DNA of 62,034 nt, counting the filler, from Choristocarpus tenellus KU-1152 (lineage: Eukaryota; Protista; Phaeophyceae): the NCBI GenBank assembly GCA_964200185.2. It is 8 parts of 8 records of this genome, joined end to end, with 100 filler letters (N's around TTAATTAATTAA, not from the genome) between each part and the next. Parts side by side here need not be neighbours in the genome. Positions count along the whole stretch, not along the records: positions 14,643 to 32,382 come from CAXNAD020000632.1; positions 32,483 to 38,779 come from CAXNAD020008453.1; 6 more parts are not named here. One strand, given 5' to 3'. The stretch's first letter is position 1, and each line of letters opens with the position of its first letter. The notes under the pieces were generated by a model that did no database searches, had not been told where the DNA came from, and saw nothing but the letters and a program-made list of their open reading frames with translations. This document shows, piece after piece, positions 24,231-36,867 of this stretch. The position numbers and the translations under genes were made by a program.

Positions 24231-27200
24231 TCAATCCCCAAAGGTAGACCTCCCAGCCTGCTCCCAGTGCACCCCTCCACCATCACCGTCCACAAGATCA
24301 TCATTGCCCTGGTAATGGTTGAACCTAGCTGACCGTGCCCCCCTGCTTGTGCGAGCAGCTTGTGCAGCATTCCCATTTGTTCTGTGAATTCCTGGTGGAA
24401 CCCAGATCATCGCATCAGCACTGGTACCAGCACTCCCATTCCGACCCCCCTGCCCTGTCCCCATTGAGCCACTTCTAACACGTCCACCACTGGCGAGGTT
24501 GCTCGGGGTGCCCATCCCCCGTCCCCTGGGCCCCCGGCATCCCCCCCTCCCACCAGATTTTTTCTTGCTCCCACGACTACGTTTCTTTTTCTTGGATTCC
24601 TTCGCTTCACGAGACTTCCTGCGCTCCTTGTACCTCATATCAATGGGTGCATTATCTTTGGGGTCCTGCACCATGGATGCAAAGTCAACACAACTCGAGT
24701 TGTTATCTTGGTGCTCTCGAACACTTGCAAAGTAGGGGTACTTCCAATGCAATCTCCCCCCCCTCCCTCCTCCAGCTGTGGTACCACAACCAGTGAGTCT
24801 GCTCCCATTAATGACTGCACTATAGTCCTCGTCATCATCAGAAATGTCTTCTATTGAGTCCTGTGACACCCCACCAACCTCTTCCCCTATTCCAGGATCT
24901 TCTCTTGGAGATGGCTGCAAGGATGTGAGATCCACAAAACCCTTTTCACCCATTACAGACATATCGATTTCACGGCTTTGTCTCCGTGAGTTGCTTCTCT
25001 GGTGGCTGAATACTTCCTCAATTTGTGTCCCAACAAATTCTGCGCTGCTTACAGATTTATTGTCACTCCCCCCTCCCCCCTCCCCTTCCTCCTCCCACTC
25101 TTCCTCCTCGTCTTCCTCCTCCTGCTCACTTTCCCCATATCTAGTCTTCTGTTTAGGCATTCTATCTTCTTTCTCATTCACATGGAGCCAGGTACAGTCA
25201 GAGTCATCTATATTTTCTGTGTCTTCCCATACATGATCACTATCCTCCCCAATGTCGCACACAGTCCCGCTCTTACCCTTACCAGCCTTGCCCAGGCTAT
25301 AATTCAGAGTCCCCTTGCCGCCCTGGTCTTCATAGTCACTGTCTGAGTCTTCCTCAAGCCTTAGTCTCTTTGTCTTCCGATGAGAAGTCGACCTCAAGCG
25401 TGGACCACTGTCTGACTCTGAATCCTCGTCAACCACACCTGATAGACCATTCCCGGACCTAACTGAATCTTCTTGCTTCTCAGGGTTTTCACCCAGGCCC
25501 TCTGACTTGTCGGAGCCTGATGTCATCCACTTGTTTGGTCTGTGTCTTCCACATGCATCACAGACCTTGTCCCTTGCACGGTTATCTAGTGTACAGTCAG
25601 GGCAAGACCACCCACACCTCGTGCGGGTCGATTCCATTGCATTTTGACCTTCCCCACTCCCTTTACCCAACTGCCTCCTGCCAAGCCTCAGTGACCTCAG
25701 TGGTGGCTCATGGTCAGCAGTACTTCTGCTATCTCTCTCCTGTAAGCCTGACTCTAGCCTGCTCCTTTGAACTGGCAGTCTTGCAGGGCAAGACTTTGTA
25801 ACTGTGACTGTGGCTGGGAATGGGGCGGGAGATACAGCAGCGGATAGATTATCTGTTCCCTTGCCTACGACCCGGTCAAGCCGAGGAGGGAGCTGCGTCT
25901 CACTAGCGTTAGAGTTGTCACTGTCCGAGTCGCCACTGTCCAAGTCATCCCCCTCTCCTATCTTCCACTCCATTCTTGTGTGGGGTCGCTTCACCCCAGG
26001 TTGACAACCTAGTGCAGACTTGATCTGGGACTTGATATTGACTTCTAGCCCACTACCAGCCATGCTAGCATGACAAGGAGAATTTGCACCCTTGACCTGC
26101 ACCTCATCCATTGAAGTACAAGGAGTGGATCTACCTTCCATACACTTGGCATCAGCTGTACTAAATCCCTTTCTATCATGCCTTGCGCCCCCCCCATCGA
26201 GAACATCACTTTCAAGTGAGGAAGGTGAAGGGGTTTTCATTTCAGTGATGCTCATTTGTGACTTGTTGCTGCAGTAGTCCTTCTTGCCCAAACCATGCTT
26301 TGCAACTCCCCCTGAGATGTCAATGCCCTTATCAACATCTGATTTACCCTCCTTAACCTCCTCACACCCACGAGATATCTTTGCTTCTTGAATGCTAACA
26401 GCCGAACCAGCACAAATCCCTTGAAGGTCCCTAACAGCAAAAGGGGAAGAATTATCTTCATGGCGGTCAGACACCAAACATTGAGTTAGATTTTGGGGAT
26501 CCCTAGACGCTTTAACAGGTAGGTCATCTTGAATTTTTCCTTCGTGTATATTGCTCCTCCTACTGCCCTTGGGCAAACTCAGCAGACTGAGCCTCGATCG
26601 CCTGCAAATTGTCAAGAAGAAAACAGGGAAATCAAAGGGGTTCTGTTAGTGTACGAAATGCCGCCTAGCAACAAGTAGCAGGTTTACACAACCCTCGCCA
26701 ACCAAATTGCATATTAGAGAGGGGGAAATGAATCACCAATTGTATCCTAACTTATCAAAGTTCTGTAAGTCTTGCATGCTTCACCTGCTTTCAATCAAAT
26801 GTTACAGACATCCTCCAAATATAAATGAGATCAAGTACAATATGAATCATATTCGGGTGAGCGTGGTTTTTAAGCAGGATGGAAAACTGTGAGACGACGT
26901 TAACAGCACGTATCAGCAGCAGTAGTGGTCAACCTATGCCATTTCTCACTTCTTCTTGGGACCCAATTCTTCTCGGACAGGTTGCTGCGGTTTTATCCCA
27001 GGTTCAATGGTTGTACCAAGCACCCTGACTTCTGGCTCGTTCCGAGTGCCGTCACCATGCCTTGTTTTAATTTTCTCGTCGTCGACAGACAAAGCGCCAT
27101 CTGTCTCGGGCCCTTGTGTCTCTTGTTCACCTGTACTAGATCTCTCCATGCCTTTCGCCAACGGAGTCTCTGCGGCGTGTGGACGGGAGCCAAGATTTAA

Positions 27201-27935
27201 ACCCTGATTTCTCATTATCTCCCCACAATCCACATTTCTAATTTCTATTGCTGTCCTGCTTCGCCTTTCTCGTGGAGAGAACAGTGTTGGCCATCGATAA
27301 CCAGCACGTTCCTTCGACTCCCTAGATAGCACGATTGGTCGATCAATGCTGTCTGGAGAGCCTACTTCATAAACTCCAGAGAGGATGGATTTGATATCAC
27401 TTGGTAGACACGAGAGTGAGTAACTGCTGCCGAGATCATCACCCTGGTCACCACTAACCCCCCTCTCAGCGTGTTGGGGCTTGCGACCTCCCTCTGCCCT
27501 TGGAAGTGACGAATCCTGGCCTCTCGTTCTCCCTACGCATGACTCGACTACGTCAGAGTTTAGGGGGGTTTTCACGCCATATTGTTCCTCTACGCCTGTC
27601 GGGAATGGAAGCGGGACATCCAACATTTCATTGTCCTCATTGCTGTCACCATCCAAGCACTTGTGATTGCGACCGCATCGCCTCTGCCCTGCCCCTCCTT
27701 CTTGACCCTGACAGGACACTGGCAAGACCTCAACATCTTCGCAGTTATTCCTACCAATATTGTTTTTAGATGTAGCCCGGGTGACTCGCCGTGTGGATTG
27801 TGCATCTTCTCGAAACGAAGTTCGTACACCTCCTGATCCTCTCACCCGTAATGTTGGTCTGGGTTTATCACACACACAGCATATGTCTGTTGAGCTTTCA
27901 TTGACCACTGTGCAGGCGGTACAAGTCCACTCCAT
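24231..27935 (-). CDS. Large intrinsically disordered protein with two RanBP2/NZF-type zinc fingers (~1118 aa, 2 exons)
   Basis: Exon 1 27935-26950 (MEWTCTACTVVNESSTDICCVCD..., donor gtgag) and exon 2 26601-24231 (acceptor ttgcag) are phase-consistent and total 3357 nt. The second finger is WSCPDCTLDNRARDKVCDACG. Acidic tracts, a KKKKRSRGSKKK basic patch and an RGG-rich tail follow. Confidence 0.85.
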
Positions 27936-28349
27936 TGCGTAAACATTGGAGTACTCTCCCAACTCCACGAGCTGGTTCAAGGGACCCCAACAAAGTCCAA
28001 GAACAACATGGTGGGCGTGTGAGGGAAAACGTCCTGTTAGACCTTTTGACCCAGAAATCAACCCACCAAATAACAGTAACAATTACAAAAATAGTAGTAG
28101 TAGTAGTAGTAGTAGTAATATTATAGACAAAATAAAATATATTATTTTGTCTTGTATATAGGGTAATTTTGTGTTTGCTCTTTTTTTTTTATTCCAGAGA
28201 AATAATTTCATGTTAGGGTCGTTACAACTACGTATCATGTATGTGTACATTTTGTTTTTGGTCACGAATTTGAAGTTTTAAACACCACTCCCTTTTACAG
28301 AAACAAGTCCATGTCCTCTAATCCATATCTGGGAAGACCTAACAATACC

Positions 28350-29830
28350 CCATCAACCCATTAATACTCCAGACAGACATCCTCGTTGAGGTACCTGTTG
28401 CTTCCCGAACATACACCATAAAATGCCCCTGACTTCCATCTCTCCCGTCCTCTGTATCTCAGTGGGTGTTATCCCTGCCATCGCCATTTGTGTTGTAGCA
28501 CCTACTCTACCTGAGTTCAATGCAAATTCCTTCGCCCCTCCCAACCTATTCCTCCTTAGCCTGTCTCTCAAAGCTTCTGTAGCCTCCCTTTTATCAATCA
28601 CCTTTAATTACCCCTCATCCTCATACGCCATGAAGGATTTTGAAGGAGGGAGTTGTGTTACAGGCGCTCCTCCGAAGCTCACCACCACAGGATGTATAGC
28701 TCCAATCCACGGTCTTATAGATGATACTGATGTAGGTATAGGACTCCTGATGCACAAGTCGTCAAGTATGCTGGATCTCTCACTTGGATCATCGTAAATA
28801 TGTGACAGTTGCGGATATAGTCCCAATAAACTCATCAATACCCTATCCCCTCTACTTGAATATTCCGACCTCTTCCCCCTTCCATCATTTTTCCTCTGAC
28901 CTATATTACTCCTTCCCCTTGCTGGTCCGCCTTTTCCCCTTCTGAATACGACATCCACCCAATCTGCTTCTTCCTCTGTATCCCATGTGACCTTTCCTGT
29001 CTGCTTTCCACCAGCTCACATCCACCCTTGCCAAAACACAACTTGCTCACCTCCCCCACAAAAAGTTCAGAAGCTCTGCACAGTAAAAAATGTGACAAAA
29101 TTGATCCCATCCATATTACTACCCACTTTTTATATCTGGAATATACACGATTTCCTTTCCCTTCATCAGGAAGTTTAATGTCAAAGGTCTTTTTCTTTTC
29201 TTCATTCATATGCCGTTCTCAGTGTGACTATTTGTCACGTCTATGAACAAGACTTGTACATGATGATGTCATGTAGGCAATTCTCATCCCCTACACATCT
29301 TAGGCATATACTCTATCACAAACGGCTTCCTCTGTATGTTGGAGTCCTTATTTGCCCCTGCTCCACATCGCCATGCTCCAAGCACCATAGTTTCTTCGAC
29401 AGTCCATTCTTCCCCTTTCCTCCTCTTTAATGAGATCTCCCACCCTTCCTTCATCCTGAAGGTTTACATTGGTCAAAGTCCTTAATATATGCAGCAAGGG
29501 TGCTACTGGCAACCCCTCTTCATCAATCTTTCCACGGTATGGTAACACAGATTTCCTCTCCTTGTATTCTCAGCGACACTTCCTACCAACGTTTTGAAAG
29601 GGAGGGCTGCACGCCTTACAGTTTCATGCGTATGGTATGCCATCTGGAAATTCATCGCTATTACGTTCTTCACTCCCTATAAATGTAGCCTTTCGACTCA
29701 CCCACTTCCTGCTTTGAGAGCCCCAAGAAACCTCATTAGGTATCCTGCTCCCTTATCTCTTCCTCCTCCGCACCTATTATCCCACTGAACTGCATCTAAT
29801 TCCCTCTCAACAGCACTGGATCGCCTACCT
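28350..29830 (-). mobile_element. Tyrosine-recombinase retrotransposon (DIRS/Ngaro-like) remnant: RNase H then YR
   Basis: RNase H end DAVQWDNRCGGGRDKGAGYLMRFLG...HL*GVKNVIA(D)..SRW (~29640-29800). YR motifs follow: LSHFLLCRASELF, DVVFRR/KADQQGEG and FALNSGRVGATTQMAMAG....IQRTG (HSxRxG-like box). Many stops and frameshifts. Confidence 0.8.
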
Positions 29831-30842
29831 CCTCTGATCCCCTACCACAAGCCCATTAGTCACTCAGTTCATCGAAATCTCATGGTTTTGAATCTTCTAC
29901 TCTTCTGCTACGTTCGTCAACAAATAATAACGCCACCATATTCCTACTGAGTCAAAACAATTTAGAGGTGGACAGAGTTGCATTTTAAGGACCCTGATAA
30001 AGGGCAAAAATACGCCATTTTGTCCAATTGCAAGAAGAGCCTTTGTTGAAATGCGGTGTCACTTCGTGAGTGGAATTGTGGAACATCAATTTTGTGAGCC
30101 CTATTATACAATTATAGCAAAGAAATAGTCTATTACACAGAGAAAAAAAATTGCTTATAATGCAAAAGGGTCCAAACTGCCTACCTCTCTGTTGGTTTGG
30201 CTCTGCTTCCAGACAATGACTCCCTATTGCCCTACCACTCACGTCTAGCCATCAGTGCCTCTTAGCAGGCTTCTTGGCGCTAAAATAAAACGAGCCCACT
30301 AATGTCTCCACTTTTTCAACCTCTGTATTCTCCAATGACCACCTCCACTATTCCACGCCCTTATGGAAAGCTAGCTTTCGCCCTTTTCTTTACACTTTCA
30401 CATTCCTACCTAATCTGTCATGAAACCTGGTTCGTCTTAACAGCCTCCACACAGAGTACAAATCTTCCTGCTCCTACCACGTACACAGTTCGGCACAGTT
30501 TTCCAGCTAAAGGTCAGACTTCTCTAACCGTTACCAACACTCTTGATTGCAGTCATCCTTGCAGAATCAATTTCAAGGCTTCAACTTTTTGTCTAAGAAG
30601 AGCTGTTGTCATCTCATGTGTTTTACAGTAAGGGTTCCACTTTAGTGCTGCCCGGAATAGTTCATGTCCCGCAACAGTGCGGTTAAAACCGCTTGGCACG
30701 ACTTCGGTCCCTCAATAGTGCGGTTATTTACCCCCGATAGTGCAGTTAGGAGGTCATGATGACCCTGAATAGTGCGGTCACCACACATTCTCTCTCTACA
30801 CACCACACACACACAGAGAAAACCTGTCATACTGTACTACAG

Positions 30843-31053
30843 TGTTGAATAACATAGTGTTATCCTTACGTTGTTTGTGCTGACACAAGTATACAACATA
30901 GGTTATTCGTACGTTTATATTTGGTTAGGTATGATACAGAGTACGCGTACGTATATAGAATATAATAGGTCAACATTAATCCACACAACAGTGATGATGG
31001 ATGGTTGACAGGCAATTAATAATTCAGTGTGTGCTTTACCATGTAATTCAACA
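30843..31053 (+). repeat. 5' LTR of Ty1/copia element (211 bp)
   Basis: TG...CA ends with a 13/15 inverted repeat (tgttgaataacatag / ccatgtaattcaaca), 124 nt upstream of the gag ATG. Confidence 0.7.
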
Positions 31054-31177
31054 GCTAGCTTCCGGCGACGAGCCTAATGTGCGCCAAGCTTCTCAACACT
31101 CTTAAACGCTTCATCCAAACTCTGGCCAGGGGAGGCGCAGCCGGACTGGTTTGTTTTGAATTGGCATAGCACCACTC

Positions 31178-32382
31178 ATGGCTTCTGATGGGACCAACAC
31201 CAAACTCCTCCAGCTCTCGGACAACAATTATGCGGACTGGTTCGCTACAACGCGCGCATTTTTGGGGGCTAAGGGGGACATTGATGAGGCACTGGAGTAT
31301 AGAAGGATACCCATCAGAGTTGGTGACATCGAATTCATCAAGGGCGAAGATGTCAGTGAAAACGAAGTCACCAAGGCCAAGAAGGCATATGACGTCCTGC
31401 TGAGGAGTACCAGCGGAATTTACTGGTGTATAGTCCGGAATGCTGCCTCACCTTCGGGAGCATGGCAACAACTACGAGAACACTTCCTTATTCAATCAGA
31501 TGAGGAAATAGCCAGAATCCAAAGGAAGGTCATGACGGTCAGGATGCCAAGGGGATCTGATCGCCAAAGCACCTTCACTATGATGCTGGACTGGGTTGGC
31601 CAGATGGCGATGATGGGGCATGTGATGTCCGAACAAGTCCTGGAAATCGCCATGCTGGATTGTTTGGATGAGGACTATCAGACAACCAAACACTATCTCC
31701 ATCACCATAACAAGGAGGAGCGTTCGAGGACTTCTATTCAGAAAGCCGCTCGTTCGCGCTATTTCTCGCTCCAACGAGAAATAGGAGACTGTGGAGAGCC
31801 TGGTGGCGCTCTAGCCGCGAGGAATATAAGAAGGGCTGGCCTAAATGGCAGCCAGGGTACGACTGATCACCGTACATACCCTGGGATGAGAGGATCATCC
31901 CAGAAGATAGGAAAGCACGCAGTTTCCTATAAATATCAAGGACTGTGTTACAGCTGCGGAAGAAAAGGCCACCGGCAAGCTGAGTGCCCCTATAAGAAGG
32001 GAGGACCACCAAAGATGGTGGGGAATGCGTATCACCAGAGGGCGAACCCGCAGGACGCTGCAGAAGAACTAGCTGGATCAGAGTTGCCGGCTAGGCCAAG
32101 GAGGAAGTTCGAGACGGGATTAGGAGGACCGGCCAGAACAGGGAGAAAATTCAAGACCATGTTAGTCGCGATGACTAACAATGGCGAGGTGAGTTTGGAT
32201 GCTTTCGAAACTTGGTGTTTCGATTCGGGTGCCTCTAACAGTGTAACAAATGACTCGACCAATATGTATAATTTCACCACATGTTCACAAAGCCACAAAA
32301 TGACTGTGGCTGACGGCACATCACTGCCCATTGTAGGGTAGGGCAAAATGATTTGAATTTCGATGTTGGCCACGATGAGTGG
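31178..32382 (+). mobile_element. Ty1/copia gag-protease (premature stop at 32339-32341, truncated by spacer)
   Basis: Copia gag N-terminus LSDNNYADWF, AWQQLREHF, zinc knuckle CYSCGRKGHRQAECP, and protease WCFDSGASNSVT...VADGTSLPIVG. Confidence 0.92.
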
Positions 32383-33899
32383 NNNNNNNNNNNNNNNNNN
32401 NNNNNNNNNNNNNNNNNNNNNNNNNNTTAATTAATTAANNNNNNNNNNNNNNNNNNNNNNNNNNNNNNNNNNNNNNNNNNNNATATCATGTTCAAGATAC
32501 ACTTTCTATACTTAAGACAAGTAAATAAGTTATTCATAATAAATTAGTGAGGACGATAACAAACCCCACACTGTAGGATAATAATGGTAGTTTCGGCTAG
32601 AGTCTCACCCACATATTCAGTCAGCGGAATCGAGACCATAATGGCCCTTGTAATACCAACTTTGTTCATCTGTATCAAGCTGTTCTTTGTCCTTCATTAA
32701 AGCACCATAAAAGTCACGGGTCCAGTATGGGAGAGTTCAACAGGAGAAGGATCGCTAGCAGCTTATGAGAACGGCGCCAGCAAAGGGCACGAAAAGGTGA
32801 TATCTCTGTAACATGGTTTTGTACATCTCTCCGCTTGATCCGCCATCTGTAGTACGAGCGCACCTAACTGAACTCTATAGTTTGGTCATACTGCATCATT
32901 CCTCTCGATCATTCAACCTTCCGGTTCACTCCTAGTGACGAACGAGGTACACTATGCTCCCTCTTACACCTTTCCATGGGGTGCTGCCACAAAGACTATA
33001 GTAAACTCCCCTGCGGGCTTGTTTTTTTTTTATACATCCCTTATCTTCACGTCTGTTTCCCCTCTTCTCCTTACCTCCACAAGCAATCAGCGAGGTAGTA
33101 ATCATTCTGCCATGCTTGTCCAAACCTAGGACATTCTTTCGTAACCACGGGCTTATAAGGCGTCCGGCAATGTTAGAAAAACCAATCGAGCTCTATCACC
33201 ACATTTCGCCCCTCCAAAATCTAACACAATCCACCTCAGTGGCTCTGCGCAGAACCAGATCTGATTCCCTGCCGCATTGATACCCTGTACTTAATCATGC
33301 ACGCCTTTTCATTACATGGTTTTCTCACCCATCCCACGCCTGGTCCAACATCGATTATTATGGAAACATACCATTTTTTTTTGCTTTACCTTAATGACGT
33401 TCCTGTCCGAGGCGAAGCGAACTAAATACTGAATATATATAGACTTACCGACTAAAGGAAAGAGCACAAATACGCACCCTTACACCACACCAGGTTCCAC
33501 GATTTCAGCTCCGAGATCTATCTGGCATGAGTAGCTATATTTTTGTGGTATCGTTCGTGAATCACAACCCTTTTAGACCTAATCCAAACGATGAAGAGGA
33601 AGGTAGATCTTGAGCCCTCCTGTGTGTCCCGATCTATCTTCCTTAATACCTTTTGCAAAATGAGAAACGATGGTAATTAGCTAGTGTGCTTTTGAATGTG
33701 CAGAGTATTTTCTTCCTCCGCGTAATTATGGTGTCAAACGCTGGTGTTCCCCAATGAAAAATACTTACCTTCTTGATCACTTCACCAAACATACTTTGAT
33801 ATCACATCCGTCGGAACTGTACGTGCACCCCCATTCCCTCTCTGGACTTTTCAACATTACATCATCCACTTCAAACCAAAGGTCGGGTTTGAGCTGTGT

Positions 33900-35879
33900 G
33901 GGGCAAAGAAGCATACCATCTATATGCATAATGGTGTGGCGTCCTTACCTGGGAAAATATATGCAAGATTGTTTCGAAAGAGTTCGTCCATGGCTGGCCT
34001 CACAGCACCCACCCCCATACACAACTACGTCCCCGAATATTACCTCCCTCGAGATCGCATTAATCTGCGGGCTGCTTTGAGTAATGCACCGCTTCAAGAA
34101 GTTGGCAATGATAACAATGTTTAGTCATCTTTGATCCACCACTTGGTCACGTATATTATTGCGCGCCAAATTTCGCTTTTTTCCCCAGTAATACGTCACT
34201 CAAATATCAACGATACTGCACACCCCTGCCTTGATCAATTGTCCCTTGTCCACAATGCACTCCTCCCCCTTGAACACCCACAATTTCTGAAGTTGTATTC
34301 CAACTCCACCGACATTTGCCTATATATTGAAAGTTAAAATATTTCTTCACCCCATCCACATCCTCTTGGTTCTTGCCTCCATCGGACTGTTCCCAGAAGC
34401 TTACACATAATGTAGGGAAAAGTTTTCCTTTTTGGTTGCAAGAAGAATGGAAGACATTTTTGTGGGAATACATAGTGTGTTTTTTGCGTAAACAAATAAT
34501 ACGATATCATCTCCCCAACTTTAATGCGAACATAAGAATGAACCATATTTACTACTAAGATGTTTTTGACAGATCCTGTCGAAGAGGAGAACCTTCTATT
34601 CCACCTTAACAGTCAACGTCGTGCAATCGTCCTGAGAGTTCTGTCAATGAAAGTAAGGAGCAGGAGAACATCTTTGAACTTTGGGGAGATGGATGGGGTC
34701 TTAACAAAATTATTGACCTATGGCATTCTGTGGTACGTTGCGGGCAACCGTCATATCAGGTACATGTGAAAGATCTATGCGAAAAACTGGGGGTTGCACT
34801 GCAGATCGTGAAAGAACTGTGATGTAAGGAACTAGAGGAATACCCTGAAGAGGAGGAAGGCAAGTACGCCCAAGGTCCGAATTCAAAGCTAAGGAAGAAG
34901 TGGAAGAAGACACCATATGTGCTATCTGCAAAGGTACGACTCTGTACATCAGGGGTAGATTCTAGTCCATCTGTCAATTCCTCGAGTTCACTGAGGTAAT
35001 GCTTTTAATTTACGCGTCACACACTCGTGCATATTGGCGTACATGCCATTCCTTCTGTCTCCCACCCCTTTTGTCTAGAATCTCGTAATGACGCAGTTAG
35101 TAAACCTGCTGCTGTCAAGAGGAGTGAACGATGGTGATGCCTTCCTCGAGATGGTGAACTCTAAGTGTGTAACACTCTGTAATTAGGTTGATGGTGACCC
35201 AGGTGACAATGCCATTCGGATGACTCAGATGTGATTGCCCTCTCTTGTGTGCTTTCTTTGCATCGAAACATTGCACTAGTTGGAAGTAGTCCCGCAGTGA
35301 ATCGGGAGTTTTGCCCTGCTCGTCTGTTTCCAGCTTGACTTCCCACATTTTTGTTTATATATTTTCTGGAATAGGATAAATGCGTATGTTTTTGAGTGGG
35401 TCTCGTGTAAGAAACTATAAAACCGTTTATCAGGCTCGGTGGTGTTGTCATTTTCAGTCTTACACAATTCAAACTGAGCGCTAGAGAAAATTATGGCACA
35501 ATTCACTAAAACGTTTGGTCTCCTTTTACTTTCGGGTAGTGTTATTTTTTCAGATTGTGTGTAAGAGGTTTTTTTCACAACTCGTATTGAAACAAGTTGG
35601 TCAAATTGGTAGCTACCGACATTAAACCTTTCAAGCAATAATAACAAATCACCCCCATATACCTCAATACTGTAACTTCTCTAACTGCTTTCTTTGCCAA
35701 AATTGTGGCAAGTCTTTTTGCACATCTCCATGTCCTGCATCAAGTCGTTTCGTCTCCTTTTACTTTGAGGTAGTGTTAGTGAGAATATTCCCACGGCACT
35801 CCAACTTGCAGACATCTTCACCAAGATATTACATAAGAAGCAGTTAGAAGACTTCGTAGACACTGTGTTAATTAGATGA
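33900..35879 (+). mobile_element. Second, heavily decayed Ty1/copia pol (integrase-RT-RNase H); 3' LTR probably begins tgttagag at 35888
   Basis: HNGVA integrase trace (~33927), FIRLGGVVIF RNase H trace (~35426), and the terminal ENIPTALQLADIFTKILHKKQLEDFVDTVLIR* (copia ADIFTK motif). Confidence 0.7.
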
Positions 35880-36390
35880 ATAGTGAGTGTTAGAGTTCAA
35901 GCAATCAGTATTCTTTTACTGCGTTGAGAATATAAACGTGATGTGTGTGAGAGTTGGACCAATCTATCTTCTTTTACTTCCACTCTCATGGTGGAGTGTG
36001 CAAAATAGGACAATAGTGAGGTGTACCTTATTTTGTGTATGAGAGATGTAACTAATGAGATAGTACATTCGGATTATGAATGGGAATATGAATGTGTGCA
36101 TGATTGTATTGTTGGGTTTTGAGACACTGCAATGTGTTGTCGTCAATTATCAGCACAAAAGATTACTGCAACCTTAATACCCAATATCTGTTCTGTGTTC
36201 CACATGTGTTAGGTGACTGGCAATGTGGACCTTGAATGATTAGGTGGTATTGAGTAAAGCATGTTACTCGTTTCTGACGCATAATCTTACATGTGTTTCG
36301 TATAATAGTTAAGCCTCTTGCTCAGAGCGAGTGATTGCTCCAATGTGCAAGGCGTCAGGATTGGTTGTCGCCTTTTTCGGTTAGAAATAC

Positions 36391-36608
36391 GAAGTTGTAA
36401 ATCCGAATATAGTATGTGATTTGTATGTTTTAAAGTACAAATCACATACCTAATTGATATTGTTTCCAATGTTCAGAAACCAACTATGTTGGAGCCTCGG
36501 GCTATCGGCATGACCACCCTGAGATCGATCATCCTGGGAATCCGTGCATTACGCATTTTGGAAGTTGTGAATCCGAATATAGTATATGATTTGTATCTTT
36601 TAAAATAC
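36391..36608 (+). repeat. ~48-bp direct repeat pair (36391 and 36561)
   Basis: gaagttgt(a/g)aatccgaatatagtat(g/a)tgatttgtat(g/c)ttttaaa(g/a)tac occurs twice. Confidence 0.8.
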
Positions 36609-36867
36609 TATACCCCTGAGCTGCCCATCTAGCCTTGTAACTGCCATCAGGTTTCTTTCAAAAAATCCATCTTGAGGAAAAAATCTTTTGGTTTGGGGGT
36701 GCCTGGACTATATAATAATCTTCGTGTTATTTTGTATTACTCATCTCTTAATTGGAGAAATTTCAAGGAAGGCTTTCAGTGTGTTTTGAGTCTGTGAGAT
36801 GTGGAAATATCTCCATCTCGTGAAAAACTGTGATTCAAAGTGGTGAATTATGAGAAGTGTTTAAAAG

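Noticed and set aside
24499-27942. Many plus-strand ORFs overlapping the zinc-finger gene
   Set aside because: Antisense shadows of a long GC-richer coding sequence.
27936-28082. N-terminal extension of ORF 26946-28082
   Set aside because: It starts at a non-ATG codon; the first ATG (27935) directly precedes the zinc finger, so the upstream part is probably 5' UTR.
29989-30173. Possible Tourist-like MITE (ggaccct...agggtcc)
   Set aside because: Only a 7-bp inverted match, imperfect TSD (taa/aaa), and no second copy in the window.
32339-32341. TAG after the copia protease as programmed read-through
   Set aside because: It falls within the protease region and is followed by another in-frame stop five codons later; simple decay is more likely.
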